DNA of 64,000 bases from Burkholderiales bacterium (GTDB taxonomy: Bacteria; Pseudomonadota; Gammaproteobacteria; Burkholderiales; Ga0077523). The first letter of the stretch is position 1. Every line of letters starts with the position of its first letter. The notes beneath the pieces were generated by a model that saw only the letters and a program-made list of their open reading frames with translations, made no database searches and had not been told where the DNA came from. Positions 47,114 through 56,619 of the stretch are shown piece after piece. Position numbers and translations under genes: made by a program. Where the stretch lies: the NCBI GenBank assembly GCA_038324085.1, contig JBBQHP010000004.1, positions 69,231 to 133,230 of the forward strand. Reading direction: 5' to 3'.

Positions 47114-48901
47114 ATGCAGTCTGCCGCCCCTGCCGCCTCCCCCGTCGATCTGAAATCGCATCTTGCCGGCCTGTTCGAGGCCGCTCTGGCGGAGGTGGCG
47201 CCGAGCGCGCGCGGCACCGTCGTCACGGTCGAGCGGCCCAAGCAACCGACCCACGGCGACTACGCCTGCAATCTCGCGCTGCAGGTCGCGAAGCCGCTGA
47301 AGCGCAATCCGCGCGAGATCGCCACCGCGCTCATCGGTGCGCTCCCGTCCTCGCCCTGGGTGGAACGCATGGAGATCGCGGGCGCGGGTTTCATCAACGT
47401 GTTCCTCCGGCCCAACGCCAGGCATGCAGTCGTGCGGCGCATCCTCGACGAGGGCGAGCGGTTCGGGCACAGCTCGCTCGGCGCAGGCCGGAAGATCCAG
47501 ATCGAGTTCGTCTCGGCGAATCCGACCGGACCGCTGCACGTCGGTCACGGTCGCGGCGCGGCGTACGGCGCGAGCCTCGCCAACGTTCTCGATGCCGCCG
47601 GCTATGTGGTGACGCGCGAGTACTACACGAACGACGCCGGGCGCCAGATGGATATCCTCGCGACCTCGGTCTGGTTGCGCTATCTCGAGATCGCCGGTGA
47701 GCGTGTGCCGTTTCCGCCGAACGCGTACCAGGGCGAATACGTGCGGGCGATGGCCGCGCAGATCGTCGCGGGGCACGGGCGCAAGTTCGTGCATTCCGCT
47801 GCCAGCGTGATGCGCGACGTTCCGCCCTTGCCGAACGCCGAGCGCGACGACAAGGAAGCGGGCGCCGAACGCGAAGCGCACCTCGATGCGCTGATCGGCG
47901 CCACCAAGCGCGAGCTCGGCGAAGACTATGCATTCATTCACCATTTCGCACTCACCGAGCAACTCGCCGATTGCCGCGCCGATCTGGCCGAGTTCGGGGT
48001 GACGTTCGATCACTGGTTCTCCGAGCAGTCGCTGTTCGACACCGGCATGGTCGAACGTGCAATGCAGAAACTCGCCGCGTCCGGACACCTGTACGAGCAG
48101 GACGGCGCCACGTGGTTTCGCTCCACGGACTTCGGTGACGAGAAGGATCGCGTGGTTCGCCGCGACAACGGGCAGTTCACCTACTTCGCGCCGGACATCG
48201 CCTACCACCTCAACAAGTTCGAGCGCGGCTACGAACTCGTGATCGACATCTGGGGTGCGGATCATCATGGCTATGTCCCGCGGGTCAAGGGTGCGCTCCA
48301 GGCGCTCGGCATCGATCCGGCGAGGCTCACGGTGGCGCTGGTGCAGTTCGCGATCCTGTACCGGAACGGCAAGAAAGCCTCGATGTCGACCCGCGCCGGG
48401 CAATACGTCACCCTGCGTGAGCTGCGCTCGGAGGTGGGCAAGGACGCCGCGCGCTTCTTCTACGTGCTCCGCAAGAGCGATCAGCACCTCGATTTCGACC
48501 TGGATCTCGCCAAATCGCAGAGCAACGAGAACCCGGTGTATTACATACAGTACGCGCACGCCCGGGTCGCAAGCGTGCTGCGCGAATGGAATGGCGACGT
48601 TGCCGAGCTTCGCGTCGCCAGTCTCGCGGCGTTGGACAGCCCCGCGGAGATCCAGCTGCTGCAGCGGCTCATCGACTATCCGGAGGCACTCGAGAGCGCG
48701 GCGCGCGATCTCGCGCCGCACGTGATCGCCTTCCACTTGAAGGATCTGGCCGGCGATTTCCACAGCTACTACAACGGCACGCGTTTCCTGGTGGAGGACG
48801 AAGCGGTGAAGCTCGCGCGCCTGGCCCTCGCAGTCGCCGTCCAGCAGGTACTGAAGCACGGGCTCGCGTTGCTCGGCGTGAGTGCGCCGGAGACGATGTG
48901 A
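47114..48901 (+). CDS. argS: Arginine--tRNA ligase
   Basis: The track ORF 46187..48901 was trimmed to the ATG at 47114. It has a HIGH-type motif (NPTGPLHVGHGRGAAYG) and ends with a DALR anticodon-binding region. Confidence 0.94.
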   Translation: MQSAAPAASPVDLKSHLAGLFEAALAEVAPSARGTVVTVERPKQPTHGDYACNLALQVAKPLKRNPREIATALIGALPSSPWVERMEIAGAGFINVFLRPNARHAVVRRILDEGERFGHSSLGAGRKIQIEFVSANPTGPLHVGHGRGAAYGASLANVLDAAGYVVTREYYTNDAGRQMDILATSVWLRYLEIAGERVPFPPNAYQGEYVRAMAAQIVAGHGRKFVHSAASVMRDVPPLPNAERDDKEAGAEREAHLDALIGATKRELGEDYAFIHHFALTEQLADCRADLAEFGVTFDHWFSEQSLFDTGMVERAMQKLAASGHLYEQDGATWFRSTDFGDEKDRVVRRDNGQFTYFAPDIAYHLNKFERGYELVIDIWGADHHGYVPRVKGALQALGIDPARLTVALVQFAILYRNGKKASMSTRAGQYVTLRELRSEVGKDAARFFYVLRKSDQHLDFDLDLAKSQSNENPVYYIQYAHARVASVLREWNGDVAELRVASLAALDSPAEIQLLQRLIDYPEALESAARDLAPHVIAFHLKDLAGDFHSYYNGTRFLVEDEAVKLARLALAVAVQQVLKHGLALLGVSAPETM

Positions 48902-49530
48902 TGGCCGGCAACAACTACAAGAAGAGCGGCGCTGGCGGGACGCGCAAGAAGGGCGGCTCACTGTTCGTCGGCATCGTGATCGGCGTACTGCTCGGGCTGG
49001 TCGCTGCGCTCGGGGTCGCGCTCTACATCAACAAGGGCCCGAGCCCGTTCTCCGAGCGCAAACCGAGCGAGGACGCGCGCGATGAAATCGTGCAGAAGCC
49101 GGCACCGAGAAACACCCGGATACTGCCGGCGCCCGCCGACTCGCCGCCCGTCAAGTCCGCTTCCCCTGCGCCGCCGGCGAGCGCAGCGACCAGCTCGAAG
49201 CCGCGCTTCGAGTTCTATGGAATCCTTCAGGGCAAGGAGGAGGCGGTCAAGGAAAAGGACATGAAGCCCGCGCCGAAGGACGTGTATTTCCTTCAGGCGG
49301 GGGCGTTCCAGAATGCGGCCGATGCCGACAACCTGAAGGCCAAGCTGGCCCTGGCCGGGGTCGAAGCCACCATCCAGACCGCCCAGATGCCCGACAACAA
49401 GGTGTGGCATCGTGTCCGCCTGGGCCCGTTCAAGAGCGTTGAAGAGGTCGGCAAGGCCAAGGCCCGGCTCAAAGAGAACCAGATCGAGGGTCAGCTCATC
49501 AAAGTGAAGGATGCTGCTCCCAAGTCATGA
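48901..49530 (+). CDS. SPOR-domain (peptidoglycan-binding) membrane protein
   Basis: The ATG at 48901 shares 1 nt with the argS stop. It has one transmembrane helix (LFVGIVIGVLLGLVAALGVALYI), a Pro/Ala/Ser-rich linker and a C-terminal SPOR-like domain (YFLQAGAFQNAADADNLKAKLAL...WHRVRLGPF). Confidence 0.82.
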   Translation: MAGNNYKKSGAGGTRKKGGSLFVGIVIGVLLGLVAALGVALYINKGPSPFSERKPSEDARDEIVQKPAPRNTRILPAPADSPPVKSASPAPPASAATSSKPRFEFYGILQGKEEAVKEKDMKPAPKDVYFLQAGAFQNAADADNLKAKLALAGVEATIQTAQMPDNKVWHRVRLGPFKSVEEVGKAKARLKENQIEGQLIKVKDAAPKS

Positions 49531-49553
49531 GGGCGGAACAACAAGGAGGTTCG

Positions 49554-50204
49554 ATGAAACTGCTCAAACACCTGGCTGTCGCCGCCCTTCTGGGCGCCGG
49601 ATTGGCCCACGCCGCGAATCCTGCGCCGGTGCTGGACAAGGAATACAAGATCATCAATCCGGCGATACCAACCGACGCCCCGGGCAAGGTGGAAGTGCTC
49701 GAGTTCTTCCAGTACACGTGCGGCCACTGCTACGATTTCGAGCCTTTCGTGAAGACGTGGAAGGCGAAGAAGCCCAAGGACGTGGTCTGGCGGTACGTGC
49801 CCACGGTGTGGGACGCGTCGCGCATCCCGCAGGCGAAGATCTTCTACACGCTCGAAGCCATGGGACTGCTCGACCAGCTGCACGACAAGGTCTATGACGC
49901 GATCCACCAGAAGGGCCTGGTGTTGACCGAGCGTGCGGTGCTGTCGAAGTGGATCGCCGCCCAGCCTGGCGTCGACGCGAAGAAGTTCGAGGAAACCTAC
50001 GATTCCTTCGGGGTCGACAACAAGGTCCAGCGCGCCACCCAGATGACCAAGACGTACCTGATCAAGGGCACGCCCACCGTCATCGTCAATGGCAAGTATT
50101 CGACCGGCCCGGGCAACGCCATCAATGCCAGCGGCCGCGTGGACTACGAGCGCTTCGGCCAGATCCTGGACGATCTGGTCGCGATGGAGCAGAAAAAGAA
50201 GTAA
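49554..50204 (+). CDS. dsbA: Thiol:disulfide interchange protein DsbA
   Basis: The ATG at 49554 is preceded by AAGGAGG. It has a signal peptide and the CGHC active site (FFQYTCGHCYDFEP). Confidence 0.92.
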   Translation: MKLLKHLAVAALLGAGLAHAANPAPVLDKEYKIINPAIPTDAPGKVEVLEFFQYTCGHCYDFEPFVKTWKAKKPKDVVWRYVPTVWDASRIPQAKIFYTLEAMGLLDQLHDKVYDAIHQKGLVLTERAVLSKWIAAQPGVDAKKFEETYDSFGVDNKVQRATQMTKTYLIKGTPTVIVNGKYSTGPGNAINASGRVDYERFGQILDDLVAMEQKKK

Positions 50205-50277
50205 CGGCGCCCCACGGTTTGTCGGGCGGGCAGGGCTGCGATCGGCCTGCAGGTGCCCGCAGGTTCGCTGCAGCATT

Positions 50278-50305
50278 CCGAGGGGCGGTACCACCGGCCC
50301 CTCGG
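50278..50305. repeat. Perfect 9-bp inverted repeat (hairpin) downstream of dsbA
   Basis: ccgaggggc (50278-50286) and gcccctcgg (50297-50305) are exact reverse complements separated by 10 nt. No U-tract follows. It may be a transcript-stabilising or terminator-like hairpin. Confidence 0.45.
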
Positions 50306-50355
50306 TCAACGCCCAGGGCTTCCGCGCAGGCCCATAGCGTTCGCGAAGGAGCGCC

Positions 50356-51129
50356 GTGCCCGAGAAGGTCATCATCACCGGAGCTTCCGGCGGCATCGGT
50401 GCCGCGCTGGCGCGGGCGTATGGAAGGCGCGGTGCGGTTCTCGGATTGATCGCCCGGCGGCAGGCGGAGCTCGATGCGCTCGCCCGCGAGTTGGGCGGTG
50501 CGGTGACAACCTACGCGGCCGACGTCAGGGATGGCCCCGCGATCGCAGCGGCGGCAGGCGATTTTCTGCGGCGCTTCGGGGCGCCCGACATCGTCATCGC
50601 AAACGCCGGCGTGAGCGCCGGCAATCTGAGCCACCTCCACGACGACGTCGAGACGTGCCAGTGGATCTTCGATGTCAACGTGATCGGACTCGTCAAGACG
50701 TTTCAACCGTTTCTCGCCCCCATGCTCGCAGCCCGTAGCGGCGTGCTGGTCGGCATTGCGAGCGTCGCCGGCATCCGCGGTCTGCCCGGAGCCGGCGCCT
50801 ACTGCGCCTCCAAGTCGGCAGTCATCACGTACCTGGAAAGTCTCCGGGTGGAACTGCGCGGGAGCGGGGTCGATGTGGTCACCATCGCCCCCGGCTACAT
50901 CGCCACGGACATGACCGCGAACAACCCCTATCGCATGCCGTTCCTGCTCCCGGCCGACGAGGCGGCGCGGCGTTTCGTGCGTGCGATCGACGCACGCACC
51001 CGCTACACGGTGATTCCGTGGCCGATGGGAGCGATCGCCAAGTTGCTGCGCGTTCTGCCGCGTTCGGTGTTCGATCGCGCGTTCGCCAAGGCAAAGCGCA
51101 AGCCGCGCCGGGGCGAGACGAGCGGCTAG
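50356..51129 (+). CDS. Short-chain dehydrogenase/reductase family oxidoreductase
   Basis: The start is the GTG at 50356, after AAGGAG. It has the TGASGGIGAA cofactor motif, and a catalytic YCASK. Confidence 0.85.
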   Translation: MPEKVIITGASGGIGAALARAYGRRGAVLGLIARRQAELDALARELGGAVTTYAADVRDGPAIAAAAGDFLRRFGAPDIVIANAGVSAGNLSHLHDDVETCQWIFDVNVIGLVKTFQPFLAPMLAARSGVLVGIASVAGIRGLPGAGAYCASKSAVITYLESLRVELRGSGVDVVTIAPGYIATDMTANNPYRMPFLLPADEAARRFVRAIDARTRYTVIPWPMGAIAKLLRVLPRSVFDRAFAKAKRKPRRGETSG

Positions 51130-51147
51130 GGGGCTTCCGCCCGGGCG

Positions 51148-51804
51148 CTATCGCAGTTCCAGCCCCGTAATCGCCTCGAGTTCCGCGATCGCGGCGCCGG
51201 GATCGGTCACCTTGATCGTCTGCATGCCCAGGCTTCTTGCGGGCTTCAGGTTGATACCCAGATCGTCGAGGTATACCGCTGCGCGCGGATCGACGCCGAG
51301 ATTGCGGCACGCGAGGTCGTAGATCGCGGGCTCCGGCTTGCGGATGCCCACCTTGCTGGATTCGACGACCAGATCGAACAGGCCCACGACTTCGCGCCAC
51401 GCGGCTGCTCTTTCCGGGGACACCAGGCCGGGACCTATGTCGCCGAAATTGTTGGTGATGCACGCGGTACGGAACGCCACACGGCAGCGTCGCAGCGCTT
51501 CGACCATCGCCGGTCGGATCTCGCCGAACAGCAGCTTCACGACGTCCTTGCCGGGGACGGAATGACCCTGCGAGCGCGCCTCCGCGTCGAATGCGGCGTC
51601 GAACTCGTCGACACTGATCTCCGCGCGTTCCAGGCGCGCCCAGGCATTGGAATCGGGATTGATCGAGTTGACCTTGCGCAGCAGACCCTCGGGCAGGCCG
51701 CGACTGCGCTCATACGCGGCGAAGGCATCGAACGGACTGGAACTGAAGACACCGCCGAAATCCCACAGCACCGCTCGGACGGCAGGGTTGGGCGTGCCGC
51801 TCAT
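51148..51804 (-). CDS. HAD-superfamily hydrolase (subfamily IA-like)
   Basis: Motif I is VLWDFGGV, and the KP and DD motifs are present (GIRKPEPAIY, VYLDDLGINL). The ATG overlaps the stop of the upstream TPR gene (ATGA at 51801-51804). Confidence 0.8.
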   Translation of the reverse strand: MSGTPNPAVRAVLWDFGGVFSSSPFDAFAAYERSRGLPEGLLRKVNSINPDSNAWARLERAEISVDEFDAAFDAEARSQGHSVPGKDVVKLLFGEIRPAMVEALRRCRVAFRTACITNNFGDIGPGLVSPERAAAWREVVGLFDLVVESSKVGIRKPEPAIYDLACRNLGVDPRAAVYLDDLGINLKPARSLGMQTIKVTDPGAAIAELEAITGLELR

Positions 51805-52268
51805 TTGCTCTTGTTCTTGAAGTCGTCGATGGCCCGCCGCAGATCCTTCAGTTCCTCGCAGGGGATCGGCGAGCAGAGCCGGCCCAGTTCCGCCAGATGC
51901 TCTTCGGCCTTGGCGAGCTGATTGGTCGCGAGGTAGGCCTCGCCGATGTATTCGTGGACCGACTTGCTGTCCGGATCGAGCCGCAGCGCCTCGCGGTACG
52001 CCTTGAACGCTGCGTCGTAGTTGCCCTGCTTGCGCTGGGCAAATCCGAGCCAGTTGTAGGCCGCCGCATTGTTCGGTTCGGCCGCGATCGCCTTCTGCAT
52101 GGCCGCGATCGCACCGGCCCAGTCGAGTGCATCGATGGCGCGCCGGCCGGCCACGAAATTGGCGTCGCTGCTGGTAGCGGCCGTTTCATCGCCGAGATTG
52201 GCGAACGCAGTCGTGGACGATGCGACCAGGAGCGCGGCGATCAGGGTCTGGCAGGTCGTGGATTTCAT
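51801..52268 (-). CDS. Secreted tetratricopeptide-repeat (TPR) protein
   Basis: It has the signal peptide MKSTTCQTLIAALLVASSTTAFA, then TPR-like repeats (AAYNWLGFAQRKQGNYDAAFKAYREALRLDPD, HEYIGEAYLATNQLAKAEEHL). Confidence 0.75.
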   Translation of the reverse strand: MKSTTCQTLIAALLVASSTTAFANLGDETAATSSDANFVAGRRAIDALDWAGAIAAMQKAIAAEPNNAAAYNWLGFAQRKQGNYDAAFKAYREALRLDPDSKSVHEYIGEAYLATNQLAKAEEHLAELGRLCSPIPCEELKDLRRAIDDFKNKSK

Positions 52269-52359
52269 GGTGCGTCTCCGCAGAACAGGTGCTTCCCGAT
52301 TCTAACGCTCCCGCACCCGGCCGATCCCGCTACCGGATGACCGGGGCAGGAACTCCCGC

Positions 52360-53133
52360 TCATCCCGGGACCGCGAAGAAGCCCGCCGCGTCGAGTTCCT
52401 GCACGAGCATGCGGAAATCCGTGGCTCCCTGGCTCGACGGGGCGAACGCGAAGATGTCCTTCGCGTGCATCGGGCTCTCCGCCAGGGCCACGGACTCGTG
52501 GATGCGCGTTTCGCACACGATGCCGGGAAAGTTCGCCTGCAGCTCGCGATAGATCTGGAACGACAGCTTGCGACGGGCGTCGTACCGACTCACCACGATG
52601 CGCCTCAGGAAGGAGCGCCCGGTCTTCTTCTCGAGCACATCCAGCGCCGTGGTGATGCGGTAGACGCCTTGCAGTGAGAGGAAGTCCGCCGCCAACGGAA
52701 TCAGCACGCGATCCGCCGCCATCAGCGCATTCAACGTGAGCACGCCGAGCATGGGACTGCAGTCCATCATCACGGGCGCACTCGTGGCCCAGCCCGCTTC
52801 CTCGATGCCGGCGCGCAGTCGCCTGGTGATGCCGGCGTCCGAGCCGTGCAGAGCGTCGATCTTGGACAGGTCGGCTGATGCCGGCAACAGTTCGATGCCG
52901 GGCGGCACTTCCCGCGTGAGCATGCCGAGCGGCGTCGCGTTCTGGAAGAACCCGAAGACGCTCTGGGCGCCCGCGACGTTGCGTACGCCCATCGCCAGTG
53001 ACAGGTGCGCCTGCGGATCGAGGTCGATCGCGACAGGACGGCGACCGACCCGGGCCAGCGCCGCCGTCAGATTGAACGTGGTGGTCGTCTTGCCGACGCC
53101 GCCCTTCTGGTTGAACACGGCGACGATGCTCAT
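52360..53133 (-). CDS. Orphan ParA/MinD-family P-loop ATPase
   Basis: It has the deviant Walker A motif FNQKGGVGKTTT and a Walker B-like motif VMMDCSP. The ATG at 53133 has GGAGA upstream. No parB-like gene or parS-like repeat is visible nearby. Confidence 0.85.
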   Translation of the reverse strand: MSIVAVFNQKGGVGKTTTTFNLTAALARVGRRPVAIDLDPQAHLSLAMGVRNVAGAQSVFGFFQNATPLGMLTREVPPGIELLPASADLSKIDALHGSDAGITRRLRAGIEEAGWATSAPVMMDCSPMLGVLTLNALMAADRVLIPLAADFLSLQGVYRITTALDVLEKKTGRSFLRRIVVSRYDARRKLSFQIYRELQANFPGIVCETRIHESVALAESPMHAKDIFAFAPSSQGATDFRMLVQELDAAGFFAVPG

Positions 53134-53283
53134 CGGAGGATTCTCCGCGCGCCGCGCCGCGTTGCTGCTGTCATGCGCATCGCACCCTACTACCTGAGCC
53201 GCGCCCGGAATGCAACCGCGGCGTGCGCTGCAGTAACATCGGGGTCGTCATCCCGTGTTCGCACCTTGAAGGAGTCCGCCGCC

Positions 53284-54618
53284 ATGGCCAGCATCCGTCC
53301 CTTCGATCAGGTTCAAGCCGCTGCCGCGATCTCCAACGAGAGCTTGCAGCGGCGCAAGGAAGCGGCCGTTCCGCGCGGCATCGGCGTCATGACCCAGATC
53401 TTCATCGAGCGCGCCGAGAACGCCGAGATGTGGGACGTGGAGGGTCGCCGCTACATCGATTTCGGCGGCGGCATCGCCGTGCTGAACGTGGGTCACCGCC
53501 ATCCTAAGGTCGTTGCCGCCATCGCCGCGCAGCTGCAGAAGATGACGCACACGATGTTCCAGATCACTCCCTACGAGTCGTACGTCGCGCTCGCCGAGAA
53601 ACTGAATGCCATGACGCCGGGGACCCACGCCAAGAAGACGGCATTCTTCTCGACCGGCGCCGAGGCGATCGAGAACTCGGTCAAGATCGCCCGTGCCGCG
53701 AGCGGACGATCCGGCATCATCGCGTTCAGCGGTGCCTTTCATGGCCGCTCGATGATGGCCGCGGCGCTCACCGGCAAGGTGGCGCCATACAAGCTCGGCT
53801 TCGGCCCCTTCCCGGCCGAGATCTACCACGCACCGTTCCCCGTCGACCTCCACGGCGTCAGCGTGGACGACGCGCTGAAGGGCATCCAGCACCTGTTCAA
53901 GTCCGAGATCGAATCGAAGCGGGTTGCCGCCGTCATGATCGAACTCGTGCAGGGCGAAGGCGGTTTCTACGTCGCACCCGTCCCGTTCGTCCAGGCATTG
54001 CGCAGGCTGTGCGACGACCATGGCATCCTGCTGATCGTCGACGAAGTCCAGACCGGGTTCGGCCGGACCGGCCGGATGTTCGCGCTCGAACACTACGGCA
54101 TCACCGCGGACATCATGTGCATGGCCAAGAGCCTTGCCGGCGGCACGCCGCTGTCGGCCGTGACGGGTCGGGCCGAGATCATGGACGGGCCGGAAGCCGG
54201 TGGCCTCGGCGGAACCTACGCGGGCAATCCGCTGGCGCTCGCGGCGGCACACGCCGTGATCGAGGTGATCGAAGAAGAGCATCTGGTCGATCGCGCCAAC
54301 GCACTCGGCGGCCGGCTGGTCGCGAAGCTCGAATCGCTGAAGGAATCGGTGCCGCAGATCGCGGAGGTCCGCGGCCTGGGTGCGATGATCGCGATCGAGT
54401 TCAACAAGGTGGCGACCAATCATCCCGACCCGGAATTCACCAGACGCGTGCAGCTGCGCGCCCTGGACAACGGGCTGGTGCTGCTCACCTGCGGCGTCTA
54501 CGCCAATGCGCTGCGGTTCCTGTTCCCGCTCACGATCCAGGACGCGGTGTTCGACGAGGCGCTGGCGATTCTCGAACAGGCGCTGGTCGCGGAAGCGCGG
54601 CACGCGACGGTCGCGTAA
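53284..54618 (+). CDS. gabT: 4-aminobutyrate--2-oxoglutarate aminotransferase
   Basis: The track ORF 53005..54618 was trimmed to the ATG at 53284, after GGAG. It is near-colinear with E. coli GabT as I recall it: AENAEMWDVEGRRYIDFGGGIAVLNVGHRHPKVV, IVDEVQTGFGRTG and GLGGTYAGNPLA. Confidence 0.9.
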   Translation: MASIRPFDQVQAAAAISNESLQRRKEAAVPRGIGVMTQIFIERAENAEMWDVEGRRYIDFGGGIAVLNVGHRHPKVVAAIAAQLQKMTHTMFQITPYESYVALAEKLNAMTPGTHAKKTAFFSTGAEAIENSVKIARAASGRSGIIAFSGAFHGRSMMAAALTGKVAPYKLGFGPFPAEIYHAPFPVDLHGVSVDDALKGIQHLFKSEIESKRVAAVMIELVQGEGGFYVAPVPFVQALRRLCDDHGILLIVDEVQTGFGRTGRMFALEHYGITADIMCMAKSLAGGTPLSAVTGRAEIMDGPEAGGLGGTYAGNPLALAAAHAVIEVIEEEHLVDRANALGGRLVAKLESLKESVPQIAEVRGLGAMIAIEFNKVATNHPDPEFTRRVQLRALDNGLVLLTCGVYANALRFLFPLTIQDAVFDEALAILEQALVAEARHATVA

Positions 54619-54894
54619 GTGCACGTCGCGATGACCTGAGCAGGCGTCCCGGACCGGCGCGACGCTCTGCGGTTGTCGTTCGGTTCATCCTCGTGCGATC
54701 CGGAACCCGTACCGTTTCGGCAGTGTTCGGCGCCCCGGGCCCATGGTCGCCCTGCGTCGGCGTACTGCGGGTCGGCGAGGGCGGGGATTCCGAAAGCCCG
54801 GGGTAGTCGTCGGAGGCCGCTGGCACAAGCTGATGAAACGCCCGGAAGAGACCCGGAGCATGCAGCGCAATTTCTGCGCGCCGTCCGGTTCCAT

Positions 54895-55407
54895 TCACTG
54901 CCGCATGTTGCTCCCGCCTTTGTTCTGCGCCTTGAATCGCGCCAGCAGTCGCCCCTCGTTGTCCAGCAGCTCGAGCTGCCCGTCGTGAAGGCGCCATGCG
55001 TTGGTGGCGTCGAGTGCCAGCAGAAACGCCGCCTCCGTTTCCATAGTCCCCGGACAGGCCATGCGGGTTGCTGCCGTGGGTCCGAGAAGAATATCGTCGC
55101 CATCGATGCGATAGCGGCTCGTCAGTCGATTGCAACCGCCGAAGCCCGCGATCGTGCCATCGCCGGAAAACCGCAGCGACGGGGCGGACTGGTCCCGGGA
55201 CGGGACGATCGGTTCGGTGCCGAGGCGCACGAGGGTCCACTCCGTGTCGAGCAGGGACGACGGCGAAGCGGGTGCCGAACAGGTCCCGGCGGGTCGCGCG
55301 TGAGCGTGGGCGTTGGGCGGTGCCGCCGTCGCTCGCAGCCAGGGCGCGGCGTCGGCGCCGGGCGATATCAGCGCGGCCAGGGCCACGTAAACAATGGTTC
55401 GTCTCAT
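54895..55407 (-). CDS. Secreted META-domain (HslJ-like) protein
   Basis: The ORF was trimmed to the ATG at 55407, which shares 1 nt with the ackA stop. It has a signal peptide (MRRTIVYVALAALISPGADA) and META-like motifs (TEWTLVRL, GFGGCNRLTSRY, ATRMAC). Confidence 0.75.
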   Translation of the reverse strand: MRRTIVYVALAALISPGADAAPWLRATAAPPNAHAHARPAGTCSAPASPSSLLDTEWTLVRLGTEPIVPSRDQSAPSLRFSGDGTIAGFGGCNRLTSRYRIDGDDILLGPTAATRMACPGTMETEAAFLLALDATNAWRLHDGQLELLDNEGRLLARFKAQNKGGSNMRQ

Positions 55408-56594
55408 CAACTTGCTCCTCGAATCAGGTCGAGCGTATGGCGGGCGATCATGCGTTCCTCGTCGGTGGGGATGACCCATGCCGACACACGACTGCCGGAC
55501 GTGCTGATGCGTGGACCGTTCGACGCGTTGGTGGTTTCATCGATTTGTACGCCGAGCCAGGCGGCATCGCGCAGCACGCGGTCGCGGATGGGCGCGGATT
55601 TCTCGCCGATGCCGGCGGTAAAGACGATGGCGTCGAGCCCGCCCAGCGCTGCCGCCAGCGAGCCCATTTCGCACCGGATTCGATACACGAAGAGTTCGAT
55701 GGCCGTTCGCGCGGCCCGGTCGTCCGCCGCGAGCAGGGTCTTCATGTCGGATGACAAGCCCGAAACGCCGAGCAGCCCCGACTCGTGATACAGCAGATGC
55801 TCGATCGCACGCGTGTCCATGCCCATTTCGTCGAGGAGGTACAGCACTACGCCGGGATCGAGGCTGCCACTGCGGGTGCCCATGGGCAAACCGTCGAGCG
55901 CGGTGAAACCCATGGTGCTGGTGATGCTCTGCCCGCCGTCGAGCGCGCACATGCTCGCACCGTTGCCCAGGTGCAGCACGATCGTCCTGCCGCGCGCGGC
56001 TGCCTCGTCGAACCGGGAAAGTACGGAGGCGATGTACTCGTAGGACAGGCCGTGGAAACCGTAGCGCCGGACGCCGGATGCGTGGAAACGCTCAGGTAGC
56101 GCGAAGCGTTGCGCCACATCGGGATTGGTGCGATGAAATGCCGTATCGAAGCAGGCGACCTGGGGTACGTCCGGCATGCGGCGGGTCAAACGGTGAATCG
56201 GGGCCAGGTTGTGCGGCTGATGCAAAGGCGCCAGCGGAATCAATCGCTCCAAGGCCGTCATCACCTCGGCATCGATGCGCACGGGCTGCGCATACTCCAG
56301 GCCGCCGTGGACGACGCGATGCCCGATGCCGAGCAGGTGGTCATCGGCAAGCTCGCCGCGGAGGAAATCGAGCAGGTAGTCGAGCACCGCGTCGTAGCCG
56401 GGCGGGGTGCCTTCGGTCCAGGCGTGATCGGCGCGCAGCGTGCCGTCGGCCCCCTTTGCGATCAGACGCGGAGCAGTGAGAAGACCAGCGACCTGGCCGT
56501 GGAGTCCAGGCACGAGCCGTTCGTCATGCACCGCGAAGATGGAGAACTTGATGCTGGACGAGCCGGCGTTGAGGACGGCGATCGAGTCGGACAT
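55407..56594 (-). CDS. ackA: Acetate kinase
   Basis: The N-terminus is MSDSIAVLNAGSSSIKFSIF. The sequence also includes RIGHRVVHGG, FDTAFH, YGFHGLSY and FTAGIGE. Confidence 0.94.
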   Translation of the reverse strand: MSDSIAVLNAGSSSIKFSIFAVHDERLVPGLHGQVAGLLTAPRLIAKGADGTLRADHAWTEGTPPGYDAVLDYLLDFLRGELADDHLLGIGHRVVHGGLEYAQPVRIDAEVMTALERLIPLAPLHQPHNLAPIHRLTRRMPDVPQVACFDTAFHRTNPDVAQRFALPERFHASGVRRYGFHGLSYEYIASVLSRFDEAAARGRTIVLHLGNGASMCALDGGQSITSTMGFTALDGLPMGTRSGSLDPGVVLYLLDEMGMDTRAIEHLLYHESGLLGVSGLSSDMKTLLAADDRAARTAIELFVYRIRCEMGSLAAALGGLDAIVFTAGIGEKSAPIRDRVLRDAAWLGVQIDETTNASNGPRISTSGSRVSAWVIPTDEERMIARHTLDLIRGAS

Positions 56595-56619
56595 CGGGGA
56601 TGGGGGCGGGCGCCCGGCT

